A model generated the notes under the pieces. The model was not told the origin of the DNA. It worked only from the letters and a program-made list of their open reading frames with translations, and made no database searches. A stretch of 64,000 nucleotides of DNA from Mobula hypostoma. Lineage: Eukaryota. The stretch spans positions 164,054,001-164,118,000 of the forward strand of contig NC_086097.1 in the NCBI RefSeq assembly GCF_963921235.1, written 5' to 3'. Position 1 is the first letter of the stretch. Every line of letters begins with the position of its first letter. A program made the position numbers and the translations under genes. This document shows, piece after piece, positions 12,456-25,654 of this stretch.

Positions 12456-14310
12456 CAACAATACACATGAGCTTGACTGCTTGTTTAGAATTTCATCTGT
12501 GGTCACACCAAGCCATTGTGAGAGCCACACATCTTTTTTTTCTTCTCAGCTGCATCAACTTCAATGGAGTTTTGTGGGAACCAGGATGCTTAGTCCATTC
12601 AATTTTTCCTTGACTCGGTTAAGGTTTGATGAAAAGGAGGATGTATGTGAAGCATGAAAAGAGTTAACACACTTTCCAGAGCAGAGGAAAAACAATTCTT
12701 ATAGATAGACTAATTAAAAATCTCTGAAGCATGTCTGTTTTTTAACAGATTAAGAGTATATTTATTTTCATCTCCCTTTCAGTCTCCAAATATAAAGGGT
12801 AAGTATTTCTGGAAAAGTAGTTTAAACTTAAAAGCAATTACCTATTAGTATTCCTCAGATCTGCAGAGACATTGAAAGAAAATACTGTTCATTTTGATGC
12901 ATTTCTAGATAAATTGCATTGAATGTTAATGCTTAGAAAACAATTTTTGGAGGATATTAATTCACTTTTACAATTGCATTTTTCTAATGAGTTTTTTTTT
13001 GTACTTCAAGACTTGCTGAAATTCATTCATTCATTGTAAAGTGCTTTAATGTTCTTTGCCGAAAGGTATATATATGCAAGTCTTTCAATTTATACATGCC
13101 TTCGATTTATTACATTGAACTCTGTGCCCTCTGTTCAGTCACATGATTTATGGCAACTGGTGCTAGCTGTATTCATGCTGTCTTTACCAGATGGGGACTC
13201 TCAGATCCATTTATGTGGGAAGATTTGGGATGAAGGATACGAGTTTATCCAGAAGCTGCACAGCATAAAGTCCTTGACTCACTAACTAAAAACCTGATGG
13301 CAACTGACGAATTGTATTCTATCCTTTGCCAGCTGTCTGATGTTATCATAGTCTGTATGCTGCGGGAGCAGATGTAAATTAGGAGGTCACTTTGACAAAT
13401 ATTTCTTATTCAGTCCACAGGTATATCCCTAACCTCTTTTTGCCTTGAAGCCTTAACTCCTGCCCTGACCAGCTACAGTATTACACTGAAGCTCAGTGCA
13501 TGATTGGGGATTGACTGGGCCCCCTGTAGCATTCAGCACTGAACCTTATTCAGCCATTTGGGAGGTCTCAAACCACAAAATGACTTGTCTTATTCTCTGC
13601 ACAAATGCTAATTGCTTGGTTTCTGATTGCTATGTTTTGTACCATTTCTCCACTAGTCTCTCTAGTTGATATAAACCACTCCAATTCTCAGAAGCCTTTG
13701 TAAGTTGAGCACGTAATGAGTTCCAACATCATCCTTTATCTGGAGCTTTATTAATATCCAGAATGAGAATTTGTAAATTAAATCTACAAGACTGTTACAC
13801 ACAGCAACCTTTATTCTGTGAAGCCTCTCTGCCTCAGAGCTTCAGAGCAACAGCACATACTTAGCTACCCTGATCATGGAAGTCACTGTCGGAATGGAAC
13901 TTTAAGCAAAGTACATATAATTCATTCAAATGATGCTGAATTGAAAATTACATTAAATAGTATGATCTCCAAGTGGTTTGGACAATTACAATATATTTCT
14001 CAGTAAAGCTAGTCTATAGTATATATTTGCATCAAACATTAGTGACCAGTCACATGAGAGTAGGATTACAATCCCAGGGGGAAAATTTACAACGTCTCCT
14101 CTGTGGATAAAGGGGTTCAGCTAGATCTTATGATGCAACATACTTGGAGAGAGTAAATATGATGGGTTGAATGGCCTTTATTAGTTCCTTTTATTCTTAT
14201 GGGCATAGGTTAAGCAATTCTGAGCATTTATTTTCTTCAAATCAAAACTTCACTGAACATATATTCAAAAAGATAGCTCAAACAACAAGCTGGTGCCTGT
14301 TTGTTAGAAA

Positions 14311-15215
14311 ATAGAACATAGAACAAAGAACATCCCAGGTACAAACCCTTTGGCCCACAATGTTGAGCCAAACCAATTAAATTAGTTATCAAATGGCTAG
14401 CTAAGCTAATCTCTTCTGCCTACACAATATCCATATCCTTCCATTTTCCTCACATTCAGGTCTCCATCTAAATGTGTCTCAAATGTCTCTAATGTTTCTG
14501 CCTCTCCCACCACTCAAGGCAGCACATTCCAGCCACCCACCATTCTCTGTGTGAAAAAAACCTACCCCTCACATCTGCTTTGAAATTAACACCTCTCACC
14601 TTAAATGCATGCCCTCTGGTATTAGATATTTCAACCCTTGGAAAAATATATTGTCTTTCTACTATATCTATGGCTCTGATAATCTTATAAACTGCTATCA
14701 GATCTCCCTTCATCCTCCACCACACCAGAGAAAACAGACCAAGTTTGTCTAACCTCTCATTATGGCACATGTCCTCTAATCCAGGCAACATCCTGCACCC
14801 TTTCCAAAGGCTCAGTATCCCTCCTGTAATGGGCTGACCGGAACTGTATGTATTCCTCCAGATGAAGCCGAACTAGAGCTGCAACATAACTTCCTGACTT
14901 CTGAACTCAATGCCTCGACTAATAAAGGCAGGCATGCCACATGCCTTCTGAACCACCCTATCAACCTGTGTAGCCACTTTCAAGGAGCTATGAACTTGGA
15001 CTCCAAGCTCCTTCTGCTTATCAACACTGTTAGGATCTTGTCCTTAACACTCTACTGTCTGTTTGCATTTGACCTACCAAAGTGCAACATTTCACATTTT
15101 GCTGGGTTAATCTCCATCTTTCATTTCTCCACCCATACAGTATTTGCAATTGATCTATATCCTGTTGTATTCTTTACCTATCTTCTACACTATCCAAAAC
15201 ACCACCAATCTAAAT
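14311..15215 (-). mobile_element. CR1 3' fragment
   Basis: MLPGLE...ERLDKLGLFSL...NTRGHAFKV; tail reads agaacatagaac on +. Confidence 0.8.
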
Positions 15216-15466
15216 TGACATCTTTTCTCTTGTTTACCACATAATAGCTGATATTTGTCATAATCCTTTACAAGTAAAGAAGGATCTTTTCCATTTAGCA
15301 GGAAGACTGAGATACATTCAAGTTAATGGAATTAGGGGAGAGTTAAGGATTGTTTTCAGCCAAGCAGGAGTGGAGCCTTGCTTTACATAGCCAGCAAATT
15401 TACCAGATTTAAATAAGCAGATGCCCCATAACCTTCAAAGATACAGGCAGAGAGTGGGGGCAGTGA

Positions 15467-15677
15467 TGTAGATTTTCGCAGATAAACAAAATGGGGCGTT
15501 TATGTTTAACGAAACCCATAACACATTTTATTGAACTACAAAACCTAAACACAAAAGAGTGCCAAACATTTTTACGTAATAACATCATCACGTCAGACCA
15601 GCCTCTTAAAGTGAAACCCCAGCTCAATGTTGGTGGTTGTGAATTATGTACATTTCTCCCAATTACGCTGCCCTACA
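15467..15677 (-). repeat. 3' LTR of Gypsy element (211 bp)
   Basis: Aligns end to end with 22519-22731; TG...CA termini; adjacent PPT. Confidence 0.9.
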
Positions 15678-18507
15678 TAGCCCCCCAGCCCCAGAAGACA
15701 CTAAAACTGGCATTATGAGCCTGTCCAGAGCTCAGACCAGCCACCAGCCCAGGTCCAGTATTCCATGGGTGGAGGAACAGCAGAGGCCTCTGGCTCATCC
15801 AGAGGTGTGTTAGCAAGCTCATGGTCATGCTGTGACACCAGGGCCATGGCAGCAGGATACTGCAAATCTTGGTGGGCTGGTTTAAGGCGATCCACCAAAA
15901 TACGTTCAGGTTTGCTCCTCTTATCTATGATAGAAGTCTTTTCCCCCGTTTCAAAATGTGGAATGGCTGATCGTACGGGGGCCTAAGGGGATGTGGTGGG
16001 CATCATGGTGGATGAAAACAAAGAGGCAGAATGTAGATCAGCAGGAACCCAAGAGCGCTTTACGCCATGATGTGAGGTAGGAATAGTGCAGAGGAATTGA
16101 ATTTACTGAGGAGGGTGGAACGCCGTTGAAAGACCGACCGAGTGGTTGTGGTGACAGGAATGAAATTACCTGGTACTCATAATATCTGCCCATGTACTAG
16201 CTCTGCCACGGATGACTGCTGGTCCTTTTTGGAGCAGTTCTGAGCCCAGCAGAACCCATGGGAGATGATCATGCCGACACTTTTCGGTCAGAGCAGCAGT
16301 TAAGGAGCAGTGAAACCACTCGCATGGGCCTCTGGACTGCAGGCGATACACTATGGTGTGATTCAGCCTACTGCTGAGGTTCTGGGCCATCGCAACCCAG
16401 AGGTCTGAAATGAATTGGGGACAGTGGTCAGAGGAAATATCAGATGGAATGCCAAACTGAGAAACCCAGGTGCTGATGAACGCCCAAGCCGTGTCTGCGG
16501 CCATCGTCAGTGCTAGAGGGACGACCTCTGGCCACCTCGTTGTATGGTCCGCCACAGTAGGAAGGTGGATGAAATTACGGGGGGGGGGGGATCCCGCTGA
16601 CCTGGTCAAACTGTCATTCAGGGACCGCAAAAGGTGCCAGTAGTGCCAAAACACGACTGTTAATTTTTGCCCACTGACACTCCACACAGACTGCAGTCAA
16701 ATCACACACGTCCTTTTTGAGGCCAGGCCAAACAAACTTTAGTGCAACCAGTTTCTGAAAAGCCTTCTGGTCATGTATGGAGTTGGAAACAGTCTTGACT
16801 GATTGAGACATCGCACAGAAGAGAGAACCCTAGCTTCACCTAACATTACATCAGCCAACCACAGGCTTGTGACTGCTGTTCAGTAAGCCTGGACCTCTGG
16901 GTCAGTAACCTGGTCAGCTGCTATGCCAGCATTGTCAACTCCGATGAGTACAGCCTCATCGACTGGCCACAACATTATTTTTCCCCTTGATATGTTGTAT
17001 ATCAGTTGTGAACTCCGGATATGAAGGCCAGGTGGCGTTGTTGCTATGCAGACCAAGGGTCTGATATTTTGGCCATTGCGTACATGAGGAGTTTGTGGTC
17101 AATGAACACTGTAAAATGGTGACCCTCGAGAAGAAAACGAAAATGGCGGGCAGCCAGACCGAAACTAAAAAGCTCCCGAACAAACTTGCTATACTTCCTT
17201 GCAGGGGGACAGAACTGCTGTTTAAAGAAGCGAGTGGCTGCCACATGCTTCTGACCAGCTGTTTGTGCACAGCACCTACTGCATAGACTGAATGGCTATA
17301 GATGCATTGTGGAGTGGGTGTGCCAGAAGGGTCGTGTTAGATAGAGCTTGTGTGATATCATCAAATGCCCCGGTCATGTCCGCTGACTAGTTAAGCACTT
17401 GATTAGGGGTATTGCCTTTAAGCACACTATACAGGGGAGCATAAGTTCAGCATCTCTTGGAATAAAGTGGTGATAGAAATTTACCATACTTAAAATCTCC
17501 TGTAGTGCGGGGCAGTGGGAAATCCATCAAAGCGGCTGCTTTTGATGGGACGGGTTTTGCACCTTCTGCAGAGATGCGGTGACCAAGAAAGTCAATGGTT
17601 GATAACCCAAAGTGGCATTTAGTAGGGTTAATAATCAACCTGTGTTGGCTTAGGTACTCAAAAAGTGTGCAGAGATGAGATACGTGTTCAGATTTGGATG
17701 CACTGGCAACAAGTATGTCATCCAGGTAAACAAAAAGAAAATCTTAAATCTTTTAATACAGAGTCCATCAGCTGCCGGAAAGTCTGTGCTGCATTTTTCA
17801 GCCCAATTGGCATGCGCAGAAGCTCAAAGAGGCCAAACGGGGTTATCACAGCCGTTTTGGGAATGTTATCCGAGCACACAGGCACCTGATGGTAGCACCT
17901 AAGTAGATCAACTTTGGAAAACAAGCAACACACATCAAAGTTGCTGGTGAATGCAACAGGCCAGGCAGCATCTCTAGGAAGAAGTACAGTCATCTTTGGA
18001 AAAATTAGCTTTCTGGCTAAACCTGCCGAAAAGTCTTGGATGTGTGGGACCAGGTAATGATAGGGGGTGGTGGCCTCATTAGGGCGTCAGTAATCACTGC
18101 ATGAGTGGAAACCACCACTGGACTTAGGGACCATATGGAGGATGAGGCCCAGGGGCTATTCATCTGGCATACAATGCGGAGTCTTTCCACGTTGCGAGCT
18201 TTTCTAGATCCAGTCTACATGCGTGAGCATGAACTGGTGGGCCAGTTGAGGGAATGTGATGCTCGACCCCGTGTTTTATGACTGTAATGGTGAATGTGGG
18301 CTTGGTGAGGTCTGGGAATTTGCCCAGCAGTCAAGTAAACTCACATGTGGTGGCGCATATGCTTGACAGAGTCGTTGTGGGGAACTTACTGGGGAAGTAG
18401 GTTAACAACTCAAAGTGATTGACATACACAAGTTGGCACTTCTTAAGATCGACTAGCAGTCCTTGGGTACACAGGAAATCTGCACCAAGCAGAGGGGTAA
18501 CCATCTT

Positions 18508-18888
18508 AGAGCTACCTTTTAATCAGGACAACGATCAAGATTTTAAAGGCAGACTTTTGCGGCATTTTTCTCGGAGTTGAGCAGTGACCAATCAGCAAGA
18601 AGGATTTATTAGAAAAGGGGGAAGACAAGTTATGCAGATGCAAGTGGAGTCGACATTCTTGTGAGTGTGCCAGTCTTTAAAGTGGCTTTGGCTCATCAGG
18701 CTTAGGCAAGATCAGGCCTGGGTAAGGTAAAGTATCTTGTAAATTTCTCTCTCTCTCTCTCCCTCTCCCTCTCCCTCTCCCTCTCCCTCTCCCTCTCCCT
18801 CTCCCTCTCCCTCTCCCTCTCCCTCTCCCTCTCCCTCTCCCTCTCCCTCTCCCTCTCCCTCTCTCTCTCCCTCTCTCTCTCTCTCTCT

Positions 18889-18963
<75 letters not shown>

Positions 18964-21572
18964 CCCCCGCACTCGCGCGCTCTCTCTCTCTCTCTCTCTC
19001 TCCTCTTATTTGTTCATTCCTCATCTGTTTGGGCATAGTAGTTTAGTGAGAATGGCTCCAGGGGCTGTGTTTTGTACTCTGTCAGATGTCTGGGTGGTCT
19101 CCAGTCTCCCAGGTGAACACATCTGCACCAGGTGCACCAAGTTTCAGCTCCTGAGAGAACATATTAAGGAACTGGGGCTGCAGCTCGATGACCTTCGACT
19201 CATATGGGAGAATGAGGAGGTGATAGACAGGAGGTACAGGGAGGTAGCCACCCCTAGATTGCAGGAGACTGGGTAACTGGTGACTGTTTGGGGAAGGAGG
19301 GGAAATGCACAGCCAGTGCTGAGTACACCTGTGGCTGTTTCCCGCAAAAATAATTATATCAGTTTAGATAGCTTTGATGGGGACGCCCCACTGAGGGAGC
19401 CAGTGACTGGGTCTCTGGCATTGAATCTGGTGCTGTGGCTCAGAAGAGCAGAGAGGTGAAGAGGACTGCATTGTTGATAGGAGATTCCTCAATCAGAGGA
19501 ACAGAGGAGAGGTTCTGTGGGGTGACAGAGACATCTGGATGGTATGTTGCCCCACCTGGTGCCAGGATTGGGGATGTCTCGGATCAGGTCCATGGCATTC
19601 TCGAGGGTGGGTGTGAGTAGCCAGAGGTCTTGGGCATATTAGCGCCAATGACATAGGTAGACAAGGTGAGGAGGTCCTGAAGAGAGATTTTAAGGAGCTA
19701 GGTAGAAAGTTGAGAATAAGGACTTCCAGGGTAGTAATTTCTGGATTATTTCCTGTGCCACATGCCAGTGATGGTAAGAGTAGGGTGATTTAGTGGGTGA
19801 ATGTGTGGCTGAGGAACTGGTGCTGGGGGCAGGTGTTCACGTTTATGGATCTTTGGGATCTCTTCTGAAAATGGTACAACTTGTACAAAAGGGACAGGTT
19901 ACACCTGAACGTGAGGGGGTGTAATATCCTTGTGGGCAGGGGGGCTAGAGTCGTTCAGGTGAGTTTAAACTAATTTGGCAGGGGGATGTGAACAGGAGTG
20001 AAAGTCCTGAAAATGAGGAAGCTGGCTTACAAACAGAGGCAATATGCAGTGAGACTCCAAGCAAGGAGAGGCAAAGTTGTAGTCAACAGGATGAATTACA
20101 ATGTAAAAGGTGGACAAAATCGAAAAGGGTGAATGCAGGACTGAAGATGTTATATTTGAATGCACAAAGTATAAGGAATAAGGAAGATGAACTTGTAGCA
20201 CCGTTACAAATTGGCATGTATGATGTTGTAGGCATCACTGAATCATGGCTGAAAGAAGATTATAGCTGGGAGCTTAATGTTCAAGGATACACATTGTATC
20301 AAAAGGATAGGTAGGAAGGCAGAGGAGGTGGCGTTGCTCTGATGGTAAAAAATGAAATCAAATCATTAGAAAGAGGTGACATAGGGTCAGAAGGTGTTGA
20401 ATCATTGTGGATAGAACTAAGGAATTATATACAGACCCCCAAACAGCAGTAAGGATGTGGTCTACAAATTACAACAAGAGATAGAAAATGCATGCCAAAA
20501 GGGCAGTGTTACAATAGTCACGGGAGATTTCAATATGCAGGTAGATTGGGAAAATCAGGTTGTTCCTGGATTTCAAGTGGGGGAATTTCTAGAATGCCTA
20601 TAAGATGTCTTTTTATAGCAGCTTATGACTGAATCGCTAAAGTCAGATATATCAGTATTACAATGGAGGTAAAGGGAATTACAGAGGCATGAGAGAGGAG
20701 TTGGCCAGAATTGATTGGAAAACAATACTGGCAGGGATGACAGCAGAGTATCAATGTCTGAAGGTGTCAGGAAGTGTATGATAATGTACTTTGGTAGAAG
20801 AATGAAATGGTTGACTATTTCTAAATGGAGAGAAAATACAAAATACTGAGGCACAAGGGAGTTGGAAGTCCTTGTGCAGGATTCCCTAAAGGTTAACTCG
20901 CGGATTGAGTCTGTGGTGAGGAAGGCAAATGCGATATAAGCGTTCATTTCAAGGGACCACAGTATAATAGCAAGGATGTAATGTTGAGACTTTATAAAGC
21001 TCCAGTGAGGCCTCACTTGGAGTATTGTGAGCAGTTTTGGGCCCCTTACCTTAGATAGGATGTGCTGAAACTGGAGAGGATTCAAAGGAGATTCACAAAA
21101 ATGATTGCAGGATTGAATGGCTTGCCATATGAAGAACATTTGGCTCTGGGCTTTCATTCACTAGAATTCAGAAGAATGAGGGATGACCTGACTAAAACCT
21201 ATCGAATGGTGAAAGGTCTTTATGGAATGAATGTGGAGAAGATGTTTCCTATGATGGGAGAATCTAAGACCAAAGAACACAACCTCAGAATAGAGGGGTG
21301 TCCTTTTAGTATGGAAATTAGGAGGAATTTCTTTAGCAAGAGAATTTGAATCTATGGAATTCATTGCCACAGGCAGCTGTGGAGGCCAAGTATTTATGTA
21401 TATTTAAGGCAGAGGTTGATAGCTTATTGACTGGTCAGGGCATGAAGGGATACAAGGAGAAGGCAGGAGATTGGGGCTGAGAGGGAAATGGATCAGCGAT
21501 GATGAAATGGCAGAGCAGGCTCAATGGGCCAATGACCTAATTCTGCTCCTATATCATATTGTCTATGGTCTT
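18508..21572 (+). mobile_element. CR1 LINE with internal deletion, nested in the Gypsy protease region
   Basis: ORF1 remnants (VFC..HICTRC; esterase-like LLIGDSSIRG); ORF2 endonuclease (LYLNAQSIRNK, VGITESWL); jump near 20760 to the RT C-terminus (LERIQRRFTKMI); TATGGTC-type tail. Confidence 0.85.
18745..19003. repeat. Compound (CT)n/(CCCTCT)n microsatellite
   Basis: Directly visible, near-pure pyrimidine tract of about 260 bp. Confidence 0.98.
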
Positions 21573-22518
21573 CAGTCAGGATGGATTCCCATGTGTAACA
21601 TCGCCCACTGAAGCAGAGTGTCACTCATTGTGTCCCTTAAGTCTGGATTCTACTGCAGTTTTGTCATTCTTTACCTTCTCATCAATAGATGATGCTGCCA
21701 GCTCACTCACCTGAGCACCATGTCACGCAAGAAGACCCTGAAAGGGTGTCCGTAATAAACAATAGATGACCCTGGCAGCTGTAACCCTCGGTGTTCACGG
21801 ACCTCTGATTTCCCACTGCACTAGCACTGTTAAAGCTGCAAGTCAATTGGCACTTCCTAGCATTTGTATCAAAGCGAGCATGGTAGAAACACAGGCCCAG
21901 CATCATCTGTTTCACAACCACAGGCATCCTTACGTTGGGGGCCTTGCTGACTGATCTTATTGAGGCAGGGAAAGGAGGAGGCATGATGCGCCGCTGCCTG
22001 GTTCAATGTGGACTATCAGCCATTTTAGTAAGCTCCCTGTAGTTCTCATGGGCACATTAGCAAGGGCTATGCGAACCTGAGCAGGCATTTGCTGCGTAAA
22101 GAATTCTTTAGAAATAAAACAAAGATGGTGATTTCCCAGGAGAGACAGCATGAGGTCCATTAGCTCTGACGGCTTAGCATTGCCGTGACGGGGTAAGGAG
22201 AGCAACTGTTTGGTGCACTCAGACTCCAATAGTCCAAAAGTCTGTAAAAGGTGAGTTTTCAGTGATCACTATTTATCGTGTTCAGGTGGGTCTTCAACCA
22301 AACTCACCAATCTTGCAGCTGTGGAATGACTGAGAGACGCTACCACGTAGTAGAATTTGGTGTCGTCAGCAGAGATTTCTCGCAGAGCGAATTGGGCCTC
22401 AGTTTGTACGAACCAAGTGATGGCATTTTGCTCCCAAAACTCTAGCAGTTTCAAAGTGACTGCACTGGCCGACATGTTCAATAACTCTGGAATCATCCTA
22501 GAGCACCAGGGTCACCAG

Positions 22519-22731
22519 TGTAGGTTCTCACGATTAAAATGAAGTGAGGTGTTTGATGTTTTGTGAAACCCATATCTCACTTTATTGAACTCCAAAGCCT
22601 AAACACAAAAGTGCGCTAAAAATCTTTACGTAATAACGTCATCACGTCAGACCAGCCTCTTAAAATGAAACCCCAACTCAATGTCGCTGTTTGTAAATTA
22701 TGAGCGTTTCTCCCAATTACATTGCTCTACA
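22519..22731 (-). repeat. 5' LTR of Gypsy element (213 bp)
   Basis: Aligns with 15467-15677; followed on - strand by a tRNA-Trp-like PBS and gag. Confidence 0.9.
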
Positions 22732-23266
22732 GTGAGAACTTCCCAAAGAGCTGAGTTTTTGATGAGCATAATCATGATGGACTGAATGAACTCTTTCTTC
22801 AATGCTCTATGAAAGCTGAAAAACTTTGCCCATGAATAATGACTTGGAGGTGTTTTTACCATGCAATGCAATGGCTTCCTCTTAGCATTGCTGTAGCAAT
22901 GCCAAAACCTGAAGCAAAATTGATTTTTTTTCTTGAAAAAAAATGCCAGTTCTGTTATTGAAGCACCCAAGGTCAATGTATTGTTGAAGTGAATGCTGCT
23001 TGCTGCCTTTGCCAATTAATTTCTTCCACTGTGCAGATAAATGTTAACTGAAGTATTTATCTAAAATGCCAAGTACATTTCATTCCAATTGTCAGAGAGT
23101 GGGATACATGCTGAATTTGCTGAGAGCTTTTGCTAATAATTGACCAAGCACGTTGCCTTACCTCTAAGTCAATCGTATCGATGGACTGTAAATAGAAATA
23201 GAGATGAACTTATCTTTACTTTAGCTGAAGAGCAAAAATGACAACTTTCCTCTTTATTTGAAACAG

Positions 23267-23303
23267 GAAACCAAAATTGACTGCGTCAGGGTGGCTACAA
23301 AAG
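23267..23303 (+). CDS. PTPRM: PTPRM 37-nt coding exon (ETKIDCVRVATK+G)
   Basis: Acceptor tttatttgaaacAG (23265-23266), donor GTATGT at 23304. Phase 0 start joins ...KANG; peptide matches the recalled PTPRM ETKIDCVQVATK. Confidence 0.93.
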
Positions 23304-25074
23304 GTATGTCTTGACTATCCCATCTTTTTATAACACTATCAGAAATTTCCATTTATTTCTGGCTAAAAATATATACAAACTCTGTCAAATTTTAGACAAC
23401 CAGAATTCTGACGCCAACTATTTGCTTTAGGCATAACTGCATTAATATTTTAAAACTTTTTTAAAATTCTTCTGTATTTCTTGATACTGATTTGTTACAG
23501 TAATCAAAGTCTGCATCTCTCTGCTTTCATCAACTTATTAGAGCAACTATTAATGTTTCAACAAAAGATTCCATTTTAAATGTTATTTATTTTAAATTAC
23601 TTTTCGGCTTCTGAAAGTATTTCTAAAAACTAATTCTGCGACAGTCTCTCCTAGCTTAACGGCAAATCTGCCCTAATTCAATAAATTTTAATGTAAATCT
23701 ACAAACTGTAGTATCAATGGTCCAGTGGATTCTAAGAAGACTTTTTCTCTGCTTCTAGTACTTTCATTATTTATATGTATTTACTTAATGTGATTTTATT
23801 GACTCTCAAAGGACCACTTTCAAGTTGAACGACCTGCATTTCAGAGTTCAGCAATGGATTAAACTTATCCTTCAACTCGGCTGTTGAAATTCAATTCTTA
23901 GTTACAACATTTCCCCAACTCTTTTGAGTTTGCCAATGATATTTGTTCGCCTTTAAGTTTAGTGAGCATAAACAGAGGCCAGGGTAATACCAAAACATGA
24001 AGGATGTGTAATTTTGTCTTAGCACACGGTGTTACATGACCTCAGAAGTGGTAGTTACAAAAGATTACATGCATTTAGCTCAGTCAGTATTTATATTCGC
24101 TCCAAGGTTTCTGTATACATAAAGCCTGAAGAAAATCAGCTTTCAGTGCACCATTCCATGATTAAATAATGCACCTGCAATCTGAACAATGATTTACACA
24201 GATAGTGAGCAGGTGATGGTTTTCCTTCAAGCCTTAACTTCATTTAAAGAGCCACAGATGAATGAACATATTTTTCCAATCAGATATTGAGATATTGAAA
24301 TTTTCCATAGATAAACAGTCATTTGGGTGAGTTAATACAAGGCAGGTATTCCTATGAAAGGATATATTTCCAAACATTAGCATGTTCAGGGAGAAAGGGT
24401 CGATATGCATAGATTTTTCATAGAGCATTCCAAATAGTGTCTGTAATCAGATAGACAGCTGAAAAGTAGATAAGAAAAACTGAAAGTAGTCATTTCATAA
24501 TTTTGTGTGAATTTTGTTAAAATTAAGTGGCTTGATATGACAATACCTTAAATCTGGATTGACTGCTGTATCCATGAAGGAAGTTTGCACTGTGTCATTT
24601 CAAAACTCTCGGTCTTTGCACAATGCTATCAATCCTACTAGGTCAATTAGCAGACTTATTTAGTGCTGGTGTGCTCTGTGAAATGAGTAACACCATTGGA
24701 TAATGCCAGACATCTTTTACCTCAAGGTATAATTAACTCAGGTGGAAAATGAAATTGTTTCAAAGCATTTGGTTTCTTGTCCAGCATTGTTCAAATTCAG
24801 ATTCTAGTATGTTTTAAACCTCTAAATCTGTAATGTCTGTGTGTTCTAGTCAATAAATCTGTCAGTGACATTATTTGGAGGAAGCTGTTGGCTGCAGATG
24901 GCCACATGTGTTCGCTAAAACTTACCCTTTGAACTACCACTTATAGAGTAAAATTAACAGCCGTCAAACAAAAAAAAAGCAATGAGTTGAAGCTTCCAGA
25001 GAAGTAGTGAGAGATCTTTTGAGGAGCTAGTTTGAGGGAAATGGAGTGCAACTATGTTAACTCATGAGAGGCAT

Positions 25075-25380
25075 AAATATAGTCACAGTCTTTTCATGGA
25101 GTCGGGGAGTCCAAATCTAGAGGGTATAGGTCTAAAATGAGAGGGGACAGATTTAAAGGGAACCTGAGGGCAACTGTTTCATGAAGAGGATGGAGGATAT
25201 ATGGAATGAGCTGCCAGAGGAGGTAGAGGAAAGTAGGATTATAATGTTTAATTAAAATTACAGAGCTACTTGCATTGGAGAGGTTTAGATAAGAAGGATG
25301 TGAGCTCAGGTACAAAATTTGGACAGCATGACAAGTTGGGCTGAATGGCCTGTTTCTGTGCTGTATAACTCAATGACTAT
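25075..25380 (+). mobile_element. CR1 3' fragment
   Basis: tctagagggtataggtctaaaatgagagggg...gggctgaatggcctgtttctgtgctgtat. Confidence 0.7.
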
Positions 25381-25654
25381 AAATTGCTTTATCAGCATAC
25401 AATATATGTATTGACTAAAGGGATATAGGTTAATACTTAAAATAATCACCCATATTGTCAGCAAAAATTCGCTGGGCAGGATATCTCACATTAGGAGGGG
25501 TCAGACTATTTCCTGCAGTCTGCAGTTCCAGGATGCTTTAGCCTGTTAAGTGATAAAGACTCAAGCTAAGATCTTCACAGAGAGAGCATTGTGGTATCCT
25601 GCATTTTAATGATCTACTGAAAAGAAAATAGATTAAGGAGTATTGGAACTTCAA

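Larger units (their letters stand above)
15467..22731 (-). mobile_element. Complete but decayed Gypsy LTR retrotransposon, interrupted by a CR1
   Basis: Two LTRs TGTAG...CTACA; TSD GTGA at 15463-15466 and 22732-22735; PBS TGGTGACCC next to the right LTR; PPT GGCTGGGGGGCTA next to the left LTR. Fragments of gag (FWEQNAITWFVQTEAQF), RT (KTAVITPFGLFELLRMPIGLKNAAQTF), RNase H and integrase in Gypsy order. Confidence 0.93.

Noticed and set aside
18677..19036. RE/RG/EG repeat ORFs
   Set aside because: Translations of the microsatellite.
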